Origin: Vermamoeba vermiformis
Taxonomy: Eukaryota
Reading direction: 5' to 3'
Length of the DNA stretch: 64,000 bases
Assembly (NCBI GenBank): GCA_045837725.1
Contig: JBEWZL010000302.1
Location: 310,001 to 374,000, forward strand
Part shown: piece after piece, positions 1 to 10,909 of the stretch
How the letters are laid out: every line of letters starts with the position of its first letter
Numbering within the stretch: position 1 is the stretch's first letter
Translations under genes and position numbers: made by a program
Notes under the pieces: generated by a model
What the model was told of the DNA's origin: nothing
The model's database searches: none
The model's input: the letters and a program-made list of their open reading frames with translations, nothing else

Positions 1-6
1 TTTCAG

Positions 7-2215
7 GTGCTGGAGATCAATTTTGACCACAACGACGACCCCGTCACCACTTTGACACATTTCGTGCGCCTGATCAACACGCTCAAGATCTGTCACCCAC
101 GTGTCGTTAACCAATTATGGCAACAGCTGTACCAAGTCTTTGCGGAGAAAGAAGAGAACAGCCAGGGCTCATTTGCCACGTCACAACAGCTCAAAGCCCT
201 CGCCGTGCAGGGACTCGCCTCGCTGCTGCTGCGCGTACGTGCTGCTAAAAATAGCGCGGTGTTCAGTGAACTAACTCCCACTGCAGATCAGCTACAATTG
301 GATCCTGCCCGCACCTGAAGAGGAGGTGGATCCGAGTCTAAATTTAGGACTTGCCAAATTAAGAGAAATCTATCCGCTCGGTCGACTGACAGTGCCACAA
401 CTGCGCCAGTCCAAGCTGTACCAGTGGCACTCAGTGGACATCTCGCTGCTGATTGAAGATCTGCTCATGCTCTGCAAACATCACGTGGACAGCTATCTCG
501 CGCACACCACGCCACACCTCACGCTGCACCGCGCAGTCATCAAGGCCGTGCTGCTGCTCTCCGATCTCTTCACGCGCCAGCAGTACCTCTGGATGCAGCA
601 GATGTTCGAGCGCATCTACTACGCGGGACTGCCGCTGGATCCGACTGCGCGCACCAAAGACGACACCGATCACGTGCTCGCTGATGACTTCCTCGTCGAT
701 CAGTACGTGCTCATTGGACTCTGCAAGGTACCGCGACACTGCTGCTATTTTTAGACTCTAATCTCACGCAATCTTCACAGGCTGCTGCTGTCTTGGAATT
801 GCCTAATTCGGCAACTCAGATCACCAGTCCAAATAAGGACAACAAAGAGCCACCTGGACCTGTCCTGACGCCCAATCTCGTGCGCAGAATGTCTATCACC
901 TTTTTAGGCAATAACACCAACGCACCCAACTTGAATCTAAATAAGGAAGGTTTGGTGTCTGGAGTAGTTCCCTGGGGTCTAAAATTAGCTGCGCTGCACG
1001 GTCTGAACTTTGCATTCCAAGGCTATTCCTATTTAGTAAGTGCACTCGCCCAAATCGAGTAAATATTTAATGCTCAATTCCAATTATAGAAAGTGACCAG
1101 TGTGCCACCAAGTGTCATGGCCCTGATTGACAGTCTCGCACAAGAGACGATCGATCACTACGTGGACGACAACAATCGTGTGCCGTCACTGCTTAAAATG
1201 GAGCAGCATCATCTGACGCTGTTCATGAACCGCCTCAATCTGTCCGTCATCTCCGCCAACAAATCACGTGATTTGCGCGACAGCTCTTCGTCGAGTGGCA
1301 GTGCCGCCAATTCTCCCGCGTCCGTGCACAGCAACCGAAAACTCGATCTAGAGTACGTATTTGCAGCTATTTTTAGCACCACTAACCTGTGCGATCAGTG
1401 CCGATGAAGAGATGATGAATATGGAAGTTGTCAAAACAATGTTTGCAAAGATTCGCACCAACAAAAATGTCACCAAAAATGCACTGTCCAATGCCGCAGT
1501 AGAGGAACTTGCCAAGTAAGGCAATCATGTCTATAAGTAGCACGGTGTCTAATTGCTGTCTAGGATTCAATTGCCAAATCTGTTATTGCAGAAATTCAGC
1601 AGTGATCAGATCATGTCGCTGGTGCTCGCAGAATTCTCCAAGCCGATCGACACCAATCTCCGGCTGGTGGCACTCGTGCTGTTCAAAGTCTTCAAAGCAC
1701 TGCGCAAGAGAAAAGAGCAGGCCGTGGTCGTGCGCTGGGTCGTCATGTGCATGGGAAATTTCACGCAACTCTCGACCTTCTCGAACAAGTCCGCACAGGC
1801 CCTGTGGTCCCTGCTCGTGGTGATGCTGGCGGCGTCACGTGATCGCTTGTGGTCAGCCCTGGTGTGGGGACTGCTCGCGGACGATGATTGGCTCAACACA
1901 GATCTCGCACTCTTGCCCGTCGCCCTCGCTGACTTTGTGGCGCGTCAAGAGCTCGAAGCCAGCACGCGTCAACTGTTCCTCGATGCCCTCAAAGATCTGC
2001 GCGACCCGATTGTGCGCAACATCGAGGAGCAGTTAGCGGCACTGCCTGCACTTCCTCTGCGACGCAGACACTCGCGACAGAGCAGTGCGAACAGTGGTCT
2101 GACACCCAAACGACGACGCGACAGCAACGGCTCAACGTCCTCAACTCCGACCAAGTCACGCAAGAAGAAAGACAAAGAGAAGAAAACAGATCCCGAGCAG
2201 AAGAGCGACAAGTGA
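7..2215 (+). CDS. HTT: Huntingtin homolog, C-terminal HEAT region (5' partial, multi-exon)
   Basis: Spliced peptides VIKAVLLLSDLFT..QYVLIGLCK, LAALHGLNF and LPNLLLQKFSSDQIMSLVLAEF..VLFKVFKAL..VVRWVVMCMGNFTQ..ALWSL follow, in order, the C-terminal blocks of animal huntingtin (SLLVVSDLFT, QYLVPATCK, GALHGVLY, DIMNKVIGEF, VRDWVMLSLSNFTQ). GT-AG introns at ~235-286, 728-780, 1036-1089, 1353-1398 and 1516-1563. Confidence 0.85.
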
Positions 2216-2739
2216 ACACAGCGATTGTTTTTAAATAAAAGGCAATTTTCGTTTATTATAATTACCCTAGTACTGCTACTAGTAGAGACATACCTCGTAC
2301 GGGCACTCTGGGCTGTTCTTTGACACTTTGACATCGTGTCAGCTGTTGACAAGACATCTCTCAGCGGTTGACAGTTACAACTGCTTAAGGCGAAGTTAAT
2401 TGAAGTACGAGAGAGATGCATCTCTTTAGTTTAGTGTGTGTATATGTATCTATAGCTATCGTTATTCTTTCTGCTTATGTCGTTGATAGATAAACAACTG
2501 TCTAGTTTTATAGGGTTTTTTTATATATAAGAGTAGTATATTTGTTTTAATAAAAACAAACCTAGCTAGGTCAATAGATTGATACACAACTCGTCGCAAG
2601 GGGGGTTATAATAACACTAACAGAGGTCCACTCTACGGCTCAGATCTGCTCTTGGCGCAAGTCAAAAATCAAGAGCCCAATGTGAGGCTCAAGTGGCACT
2701 AATTACATCAATATATATGGAGGGTGGTGAGTCACGTGA

Positions 2740-3801
2740 TTACTGTGACTGCGGCTGCGTGCTGCTGCTCGTGCTCGGGGCAGCACTGCTGTTCTCAGCA
2801 GGGTAGTTCGCAGGGGGCTGCAACAGACCAGTCAGTCACACCGCACTTCGCACTGCATCTACGTACCATGTAGCCAGGAGTATAGGGCGGATAGGGCGCT
2901 GGATAGCCATAAGGAGCTGGATAGGCCCCGTAGTAGAGTGTCGGATCGTACGCGTAGTCGTAGCGCGGTACCATCATGCCAGGATGAGGGGCAGCGTGTC
3001 CAGGCACGGGCACGACACCCATGGGGGGCACAGCGACAGGACCCATGGGCCCCATCATCATCATCTGGTTCTGATAGTGACGACCAGAGCCACCTTGTCC
3101 TTGCTGCACTTGATTGATCGCTAAAGAGACGTGAATAGGCTTGCCCTTCAAGTCATAGTCGTTCATCTCGTTAATAGCTGCTTGAGCGTCGTTCTCGTTC
3201 TCAAAGCACACAAAGCCAAAGCCCTTCGACTTGCCATCTGGATGTTCCATGACTCGCACGGAGGTGATGGCACCGAACTTCTTGAACAATTGGTAGAGCT
3301 GCTGTGAGTCAATACTTGGGTCTAAATTTTTGACGTAGAGATTAGCTTTGTTGTTTCGCTTAGCGCGGGGCTGATTGTTGTTGCTCTGTCGATCCCGTGT
3401 GTAAGACACGCGAATAACTCGACCATAAATCTTGCTAAAATTCAGTTTGTCCATGGCTAATTGCGCCTGAATGAAAGATTATATTAATACTTCGCGTCAA
3501 TAAAATAACAAACGAAAGTTTTTTTTCTGAATCGGGATCGGTTAAGGATTTCAACTTTGATTGTCTTTACCTGATCATCACTTTCAAAATTAATATATGC
3601 ATAACCCATCGATTGACTTGTAACTTTATCCCGCACAAGTTTCACCGAAGCGACGTGGGCAACGGCACTGAAAATCTGCATTAACACTGTCTCGTCAACG
3701 CGTGGGTCCAATTCAGCAATGTGCAGACTAGCAGGGACACGTGCAGGTGCAACGCCCGTGCTCGGTGCGGCAGTCGGTGTTGTTTGTGATGGCTGCGACA
3801 T
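2740..3801 (-). CDS. Two-RRM RNA-binding protein, PABP RRM1/2-like, with Pro/Tyr/Met-rich tail
   Basis: RNP motifs SLHIAEL/SMGYAYINF and NLYVKNL/SKGFGFVCF. Exons 3801-3571, 3466-2867 and 2817-2740. Confidence 0.85.
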
Positions 3802-4049
3802 GTTTTCGGTAGATCGAGAAGTTCTTGTATTTGTTTTTTTGTTTGTATTTATTGACCACCGAAGTTAATTTTGCTTTGGTAGTGATCGCTATGAGACGTT
3901 GAGCATAATGATCGCAAAATGCGCAGCGAAACAAAAAAAACGGATGCGTCGTCGGAGGCGATATGTCCAGAACGATAAAAGTCTCGCGTATGATTTGGCG
4001 ATGACACTTCGAGCAGTTTTGGAGGGAAAGCAAAGACGCCTTCGTAGCT

Positions 4050-4529
4050 TCACTTCTTTGCCAATTCTGCCTTCATCTTACGCGTTGCTTTGTCTTCTTC
4101 AATCAGCAGTTGAACGTGCTCGCGTCTCACTTTATCCTCTTGTTTCTTGCGCAGCTCCTCTTGTTCGGTACGAATGCGCTTCTCCTCTGCCGCAATAATA
4201 ACTTCATCTAACAATGTATCTGCTAGTTTTAACTTTGCCAATGTACTTGCATCGTTGTTAATCACATAAAACTCTTCAAACTGCATGACTTTAACAGCAA
4301 ATCCGAGTTCTAGCAAAAAGGCTCGTCCTCCTTTTGCTTTCAATATATCGTTCTGTAATGTCTTTGAACGCGCAGGTATTTTTCTGAATTTTTCTTCCTC
4401 TGGATGTTGTACAATGTTGGATATAATTTTCTTCAAAGTGTTCAAGCACTGACTGCGCACATTAGGGTGCTCGGAAGTTAGCTCCGCACTAATTATCTTG
4501 CGTAATGCACTTTCAGCAGTGTTGTTCAT
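4050..4529 (-). CDS. Small PUB-domain protein (p97/Cdc48 cofactor-like) with C-terminal coiled coil
   Basis: TLKKIISNIVQHPEEEKFRKI..GGRAFLLELGF is the PUB signature; single exon from the ATG at 4529. Confidence 0.85.
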   Translation of the reverse strand: MNNTAESALRKIISAELTSEHPNVRSQCLNTLKKIISNIVQHPEEEKFRKIPARSKTLQNDILKAKGGRAFLLELGFAVKVMQFEEFYVINNDASTLAKLKLADTLLDEVIIAAEEKRIRTEQEELRKKQEDKVRREHVQLLIEEDKATRKMKAELAKK

Positions 4530-4673
4530 TCTATTGCAGTTGTTTATTTGCGAGGCAAGTTGAAAAAAAACAAAATTGATATTACCGAAGATTTTTTGGG
4601 TACAGATAAACTTGATAAAATTTGTACTGCACACGATAACTGTCTGAGGGGCAAGCGAGAGTAGGTACAGGCC

Positions 4674-5346
4674 TCACTTGTTGAGATTGAAGAAGTGTCG
4701 TATCTGTTGTGCAATGCGCTCTTGTGCCGCCTTGTCTTTGAAGTAACGACGTGACACGGGCATGTCAATGCCGTCTCTGAACGCCACGACCACACTGCAC
4801 GAGTGAGGTGAGCGAGGTGTTGGTGAATGAATACGACGTACCGATGGAACTTGTTGTTCTTGACGCTCTCCACCTCCACGCGATACACATCGTTCAACTG
4901 ATGCACGTAGCTCTGTGGCTGATGCACGCGTGACACTTGGCGCGACAGTTGCATCGTGTTGCGTCGCTTGTCAAACACGCAACTCTCCACCTCTCTGTCA
5001 ATCCAATACACTACCGCGCACACTGTTCGCGATGTCAGTCACGTGCTCTGCGATGTATCTGCAGTTACGTACGGTATAATACAACCACAGTAGCTATCAC
5101 TCCATTGCGTTGCCACAGTTCTGCATCTGGTGCAAATGGAACTCCATGATAATAATAATATATTCCCATCGCAGTGCCGACTAATATTAGACCTGCTACG
5201 ACGATATAATCTTTGACGGGATCGGAGGACAAATCCAATTTGAGTATTTCACTTGTCGTTACAATTTGGTTCTCTTTACCGTGTGCAATATTATCATTAT
5301 TGGCGGCATTATTGCTGTTATTCTTATTTTTATTTTGTCGTTGCAT
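4674..5346 (-). CDS. EROS/CYBC1-like two-TM membrane protein
   Basis: Exons 5346-5073, 5022-4842 and 4794-4674 give two hydrophobic helices followed by EVESCVFDKRRNTMQL..QLNDVYRVEVESVK..RVVVAFRDGIDMPVS..ERIAQQIRHFFNL, parallel to animal CYBC1 (EEAIFDKSTGKVVL..LHDVRDVSVEEEK..MVVLRLATGFSHPLT..EAIAKLITSFLEL). Confidence 0.6.
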
Positions 5347-5604
5347 CTAGACGTCTGACCTGAGTTGAAACAAATTGGTGAGTTTACCTTGCAAGAATAT
5401 TGTGGGTAAAGTTACCCATTGGCATTACGTAATACTACCTTGTCTCGCTTTGAATGCTCGCGTGTAAACAATTTCGCAAGCCCCGAGATTTTTTTCTCCT
5501 CGCGTTAAATTTCCGCAACCAACAAAATGGTCAGTGTAAAACAGTTGATACGCACTTCGACCACTCGTCAGTTCATGTGTAAATATTAAAATTTTTGTAA
5601 AATA

Positions 5605-8600
5605 ATGCCAATTGACGATCAAGTGCGCGAGGCTTGCTCTGATCTTTTGCTCAAATGCAAAAAGGTGCTGGAAGCCATTGAACGTCGAGCAACAGAAGAG
5701 GAATTATTAGAAGCAGCAAAAAACAGTGCAGCATCCACATTTAAATTAGGAAACTTGGTGCAAGAGCACGTTGATTCAAGAAAGGGGCACGCATCTCGGC
5801 TGCAAGAAGGGTTTTTAGTGTCGTATACACAAAAGCTGCGCGAAGTGGTCGTTAAATATTTGAGCCATTCAAGGCGTGTATTTGCCAATCCCTTCGACTT
5901 CTTGACCAAACAAGAGCTTACAAACAGCCTGAAGGAGGTAGTCTCCATCACAAAACAGGTCATTGAAGCAGCTAAAACTCTCGCGGATGCTGAGAATGAA
6001 GAGGATACGCTTGAAGATGGCTCTGATATCACTATTGTCGTTGAAGATTCCGAAGACAGTCTCGCCCAAGCGAAACAGATAGATGACGACCCTGCGAATT
6101 ACTCAGATAGTCTTGTACAAATGACTCCACGATCAGCTGGTGTGGCGGAAATAGCCTCTCGCATGCTCAATGTGCTCAACAGCTTTGTGCAGGCTATTGA
6201 TGATCAGGTAAAACTGAATTTTAAATTTTAAATTGAACGACAGTTTATAATTTTATAATTCAATATGTTATCGTAATTGCATATATACGCCGAAACACAC
6301 CCCTGCTAAACTCTTTTCAGAACATACAAAGTCTGACCGAATCTGGCCGAACATTGATTGGCAATTTGAATGAGCTGACCACTTCACTAACTGAGCTTGG
6401 ACGACCCCCTGAGGTAAACGCCGTTATATATACAACCAATCCTATTTATTTTCGGTGGTACACGAGATTTCCTCCGCGTGTCGAACACACTGCTAAAAAT
6501 AGTCCGAAATAATGAACAAATCAAATCAGCGATGCTTAACGTACTCATTGCATCACATCACAGGGTGTCACTCAGATGCGCGAGTACTGCGCCAAGTTGA
6601 TCAGCACAGCGAAGATTGCCTTCACCAAGCCCAAGGACTCCGTGTTCCGCGGTCAGTTCGAGAATGCCAAGACAGAGCTGCTCAAGTCCATTCGCACCAA
6701 TGTGTTCGAGGCCAGTGCGCGCAACAAGACCCTCAACCGATCACTCGTGCGACAGAGCTATGAAAATCTGCGCAAGAATCTCGGCAATGTATCGCTCGAG
6801 CAGCTGCGCGAGAGTGTGGACACGAGTGGCAGCAACACACCGACCAGCACTGACGTCAGTCCGCGCGCTGACCTGCCCTCTTCACCAGCCACACTGCCTG
6901 CTCGCTCTCCGCTGTTGCGACGAGTGGGTCAGTCGCAGCCCAATCCAGTGGGCCCGAGCAGCGGTGCGAAGGAGCAGTACGAGCAGACCAAAGCGAATGT
7001 CGAGCAGCAGCGACAGCAGTTGATGCAACAGATCACCTCGCGCGGGGCAGGGGACGACATCATCAAGCCGTCGAATCTCTCGCTCAAAGACAAGTTTGAG
7101 AATCTGCAGCGCCAAGATGATCCGAGTCTCAAAGCCAGTCCCGGTGCACTGCGCTCATTGGTCAATTCTGCGGGGCCCAAGCTCATCTCCTCGCCCAAGA
7201 GCAACGACCCCAAGGCCGTGTTTGCCAATCACATTATTGACGGACTGCTCGACAAGTTCCCTAGCTTCAAACAAGAGTGGAGTGAGCGCAATGACGCAGA
7301 CAAGCAGTCAGTGGTGCTCATGATCATTCGCGAGCTCGCGGAGTATCAGATCCGCCTGTTGCAAGAGAAAGAGATCACTGGTCGCAAAGCCAGTGCTGGC
7401 AAGCCTGAACTGCCCACGAGTTTGAAGGCGGTGAAGAGTGACAGTCCCAAGGAAAAAGAGAAAGACAAGGACAAGAAGAAGAGTGCTGCTGCCTCCTCGG
7501 GCGGCACACTGAAAGAGAAGAAAGCGAAGAAACATCGCAGCATTCGCGAGAAGCGCAAGACCAATCAGGGCCCAGAGTCGTTCTTGGAGATATTGGACGA
7601 GGACTCTGCCACCAAGAGCAGCGAAGACAAGGTGACCAAAGAGCTCGAGAGCATCATGAGTGCCAACACCGCCGATTGGTCACAGTTGACGGTCAAGTTG
7701 AAGAGCAAAGTGCGCGGCTCAATGCGACGTCCAGGACGCAAGCAAGATGTGCGTCCCATGGCTCCGAGCGAGATGACACAGACCAGCAGCGGACTGTCGA
7801 GCAGCGTCGTAGATCTGATTGGTGCATTGTACGAGGCTGCGGGGGCCTCCGACGAACAATTTGACGCCAAGATGGATCTGCTCAGCAATCACGTGACTAA
7901 AGTGGGTGACATGATGAAGAAGCTGATTGAAGGGCTGCAGGGCTCGCTGACCAGTGTGAAAGAGGAGTCCGCGCTGCAGAGTGCGCTGAACAAGACCATG
8001 GATGAGATGGAGGCTTTCCCAGCACGCGGCACCATCGATCAAGTGGACAGCGAGCTGATTGGTCGCGGTCAATACAGCTCCATGATTCAACAGCTGCTCA
8101 AGGAGTACGTGTACGATGCTGGAGTGAGCATTCAGAACATGACACAGCAGATCCTGTCCGACATTGAGCTGCTGAATCAATATCGACAAGGCAATGCCAG
8201 CTCACCCATCACTCTCGACGACACCACGGAGGCTGTCGTGTTGCACGTGGTGGCACTCAGCATCACCTTCAAACAGAGACTCGCCCAGGCCCTCAATGAC
8301 CTCGAGACCACGCGCTACTTGGCACTCGAGCGCACAGTGGGCTCCTCAGAGCGCGAAGGACTCGGTCCCCGCACACTGAGCAAGCGCGAGAGTCCACGTG
8401 TGCGTCTGGCTGGCGGTGATCACTCGGTGTGGACTGACGAGCCCGAGAGCGCGAGTGTCAATGATGGCTCGCTGTCACCGAACAGTTTGACAGGTCCCTA
8501 TCGCGCTGGCACCATCAATCAGCTGATTCGTCGTCTGACCCCTGAGGACAAGTCCGCGGAGAATGTGAGTGCCTTGCTGCAGTTCAATCAGTTCCAACAG

Positions 8601-9936
8601 TTGCCCGAAGAAGAGAGTGAGCGCGTAGGATTCTTCAAGACATTCCTGCTCACCTACCGCTCGTTCATGAGTGCGGCCTCGCTGCTCGACAAGCTGTTGG
8701 AGCGCTATCACGTGCCGCGCGGCAAATTGAGTCCCGACGAGGGCTTGGTGGTGAAGCAGCGCGTGTGCGATGTGATCAAGTTCTGGATCAACGAGCACAG
8801 CTACGATCTGGACACGATGCTGTTCACCAAGCTCAAGTACTTCTTTGACGGCGCGGTGAAGAAGGACAAGCTCGATCACATTGCTGCGAATATATTGGAG
8901 GACCTGGGTCGCATGGTGAGTACACACTACTCGTGCATAACATCGCACGATACCGCTACATAGTACCACACTATAGACACTAACGCTGCACAGGAGCGAC
9001 TCTGGGCCAATCCTGCCGTGATCGCCAAATCTCCGCCCCGCGAGATCAATGTGAGTGCTCGAACTAACACCGCTATGCACGCAGCGCACTAACGATATCG
9101 CTAGGCCATTGCCAATGTGACGCCCTTCACGCTGCTGGAAGGATTCGACGAGAATGTGATCGCCAAGCAGCTGACGCAGATCGAGTTCGACTACTATCGT
9201 CGCATCAGACCCGTGGAGTTGCAGTCGCAGGCCTGGAACAAGAAGTCGCTCATGCCCCTCGCGCGCAATGTGCTCTCGCTCATTCAGCGCGCCAATCGCG
9301 TCTCGTTCTGGGTGACGACGCTGATTCTGTTCCACCAAAAGATCAAAGACCGCGTGCGTGCCGTGACGAAGATCATCGGCGTGGCCAAGTACCTGGCCGA
9401 GCACCACAACTACAACACCCTCATGGGCTTCGTGGCTGCACTCAACACGAGCTCCATCTCGCGACTCAAGCACACCTTTGCTGCAGTGCCGAAGCGATCG
9501 CTCGATGTGTTCAAGAGTCTGCAGCTGTTGATGGATCCGCAGGGCTCCTTCAAGTCACTGCGCGAGGCACTCAAGACTGGTGGCAAAACGTCATTGCCTT
9601 ATTTGTAAGTGACACCTTGACAGCTGCACCAGTACCACTACGACTAATCACCGCACACCTAGGGGCACGTACCTCTCCGATCTGACCTTCACCGAGGACG
9701 GCAATCCTGACTACGTAACACGTGGGGACACGCAGATGATCAACTTTGAGAAGTGGCGTCTCGTCTACAACAGCATTCAGCAGATCCGCTACTTCCAACA
9801 AGCGAGCTACAACTTCCCGCGCATAGAGCCCCTATACTCACTGCTCTATGAACTGCCCTCGCTCGGTGAACACGAACTCTATCAGATGTCCCTCGAACGA
9901 GAACCTCGTGGTGCCGAGAGGAATCAGATCTTGTAA
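5605..9936 (+). CDS. Ras guanine nucleotide exchange factor (REM + CDC25) with N-terminal helical bundles
   Basis: REM motifs AGTINQLIRRL, FFKTFLLTYRSF and RVCDVIKFWI; CDC25 motifs IAKQLTQIEF, HNYNTLMGFVAAL, LPYLG and INFEKWR. About six exons. Confidence 0.92.
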
Positions 9937-10077
9937 ACATGGCAGTAAAATGTATCATATAACACTCTTATTATATTATTATTATTGTTATGTAGTAGTT
10001 CTGCGCAGAGAATTCTCAGCACGTGCTGGTTCCGCAGTAAATATCGTTCGCTCCAGCACAGAGGCAGCAGCAACACT

Positions 10078-10750
10078 ATGAATGCGACAGTATGCAGCAC
10101 ACTGCTCAATTGCTGGTCCTGTTTGCAGCAGAGTTGTGTCTGGTGCATGACGACTAATGCCTGCACTGCTCTCGCTGACTGCGGATTTGCTCCTGTAAAG
10201 CAAGACTGCTGCCTGACCTACGAAAAGAAATGTGACACGTGCTTGAAGGACAGTCACTGCGGCTTTTGTCACGACACTACTGGCGTGCAGTGTCAATCTG
10301 GCTCACTCGCAGGACCGAGCAATGGTACATGCACCAACTGGTTTAAATCAAGCTGCCAAGGTATGCGCATATATATTCCTTAATATTGGTGCTTTGATTG
10401 CGCATTTGCAATGCTGTGATGATTTATTAAATATTTTTTTCGTATTTTCAGGGATTGACAGTCCCGAGAGCTTTCAAACATCGTTCCTCATCGGGTTGGC
10501 AATAGCAATAGGATGTTCATTTGTTATATTGGCGATTATATTGCTCTCTATATTTATCAAGCGTCGCATTGAGCAAGGCAAGGCGCGCAAAGCACTCAAG
10601 CAGTACTTGCGGTACGGTGCTACAGACACGGGCTATGAAGAGGGCAATAGCAAGCGCTACTTGTCTTATAATGGCCCGATCAATCCCGCACTCAGAGCTA
10701 GCAGCAGTTCGCCTGGTGGATCTGGATCCTACTCTACCAATGTACCGTGA
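10078..10750 (+). CDS. Cysteine-rich PSI-repeat (PTTG1IP/attractin-like) single-pass membrane protein; start uncertain
   Basis: Two CxxC..CxWC/CGFC modules; intron ~10362-10451; TM segment LIGLAIAIGCSFVILAIILLSIFI followed by KRR. Confidence 0.7.
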
Positions 10751-10909
10751 CGCAGTTGTCTGTGTTACTCTTGCCTGTATATAAATGAAGAACTGAGACT
10801 ACAAACCTCGCTCCTATATCAGCAGAATTGTCCTGTTGAATTCTCGTTGCAGATTCGCAGAGAAAGTCAATGTGACGGACAATAGCAGCAGTGTTGATAG
10901 CTGCGCGCA

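Noticed and set aside
235-330. Apparent frameshift between ORFs 7..318 and 326..754
   Set aside because: Explained by a canonical intron at 235-286 (GTACGT..CTAAC..CAG); the same applies to most ORF breaks in the window.
8475-9473. Long antisense ORFs (also 25609-26469 and 37581-38288)
   Set aside because: Shadows of GC-rich, codon-biased sense genes; no recognisable motifs.
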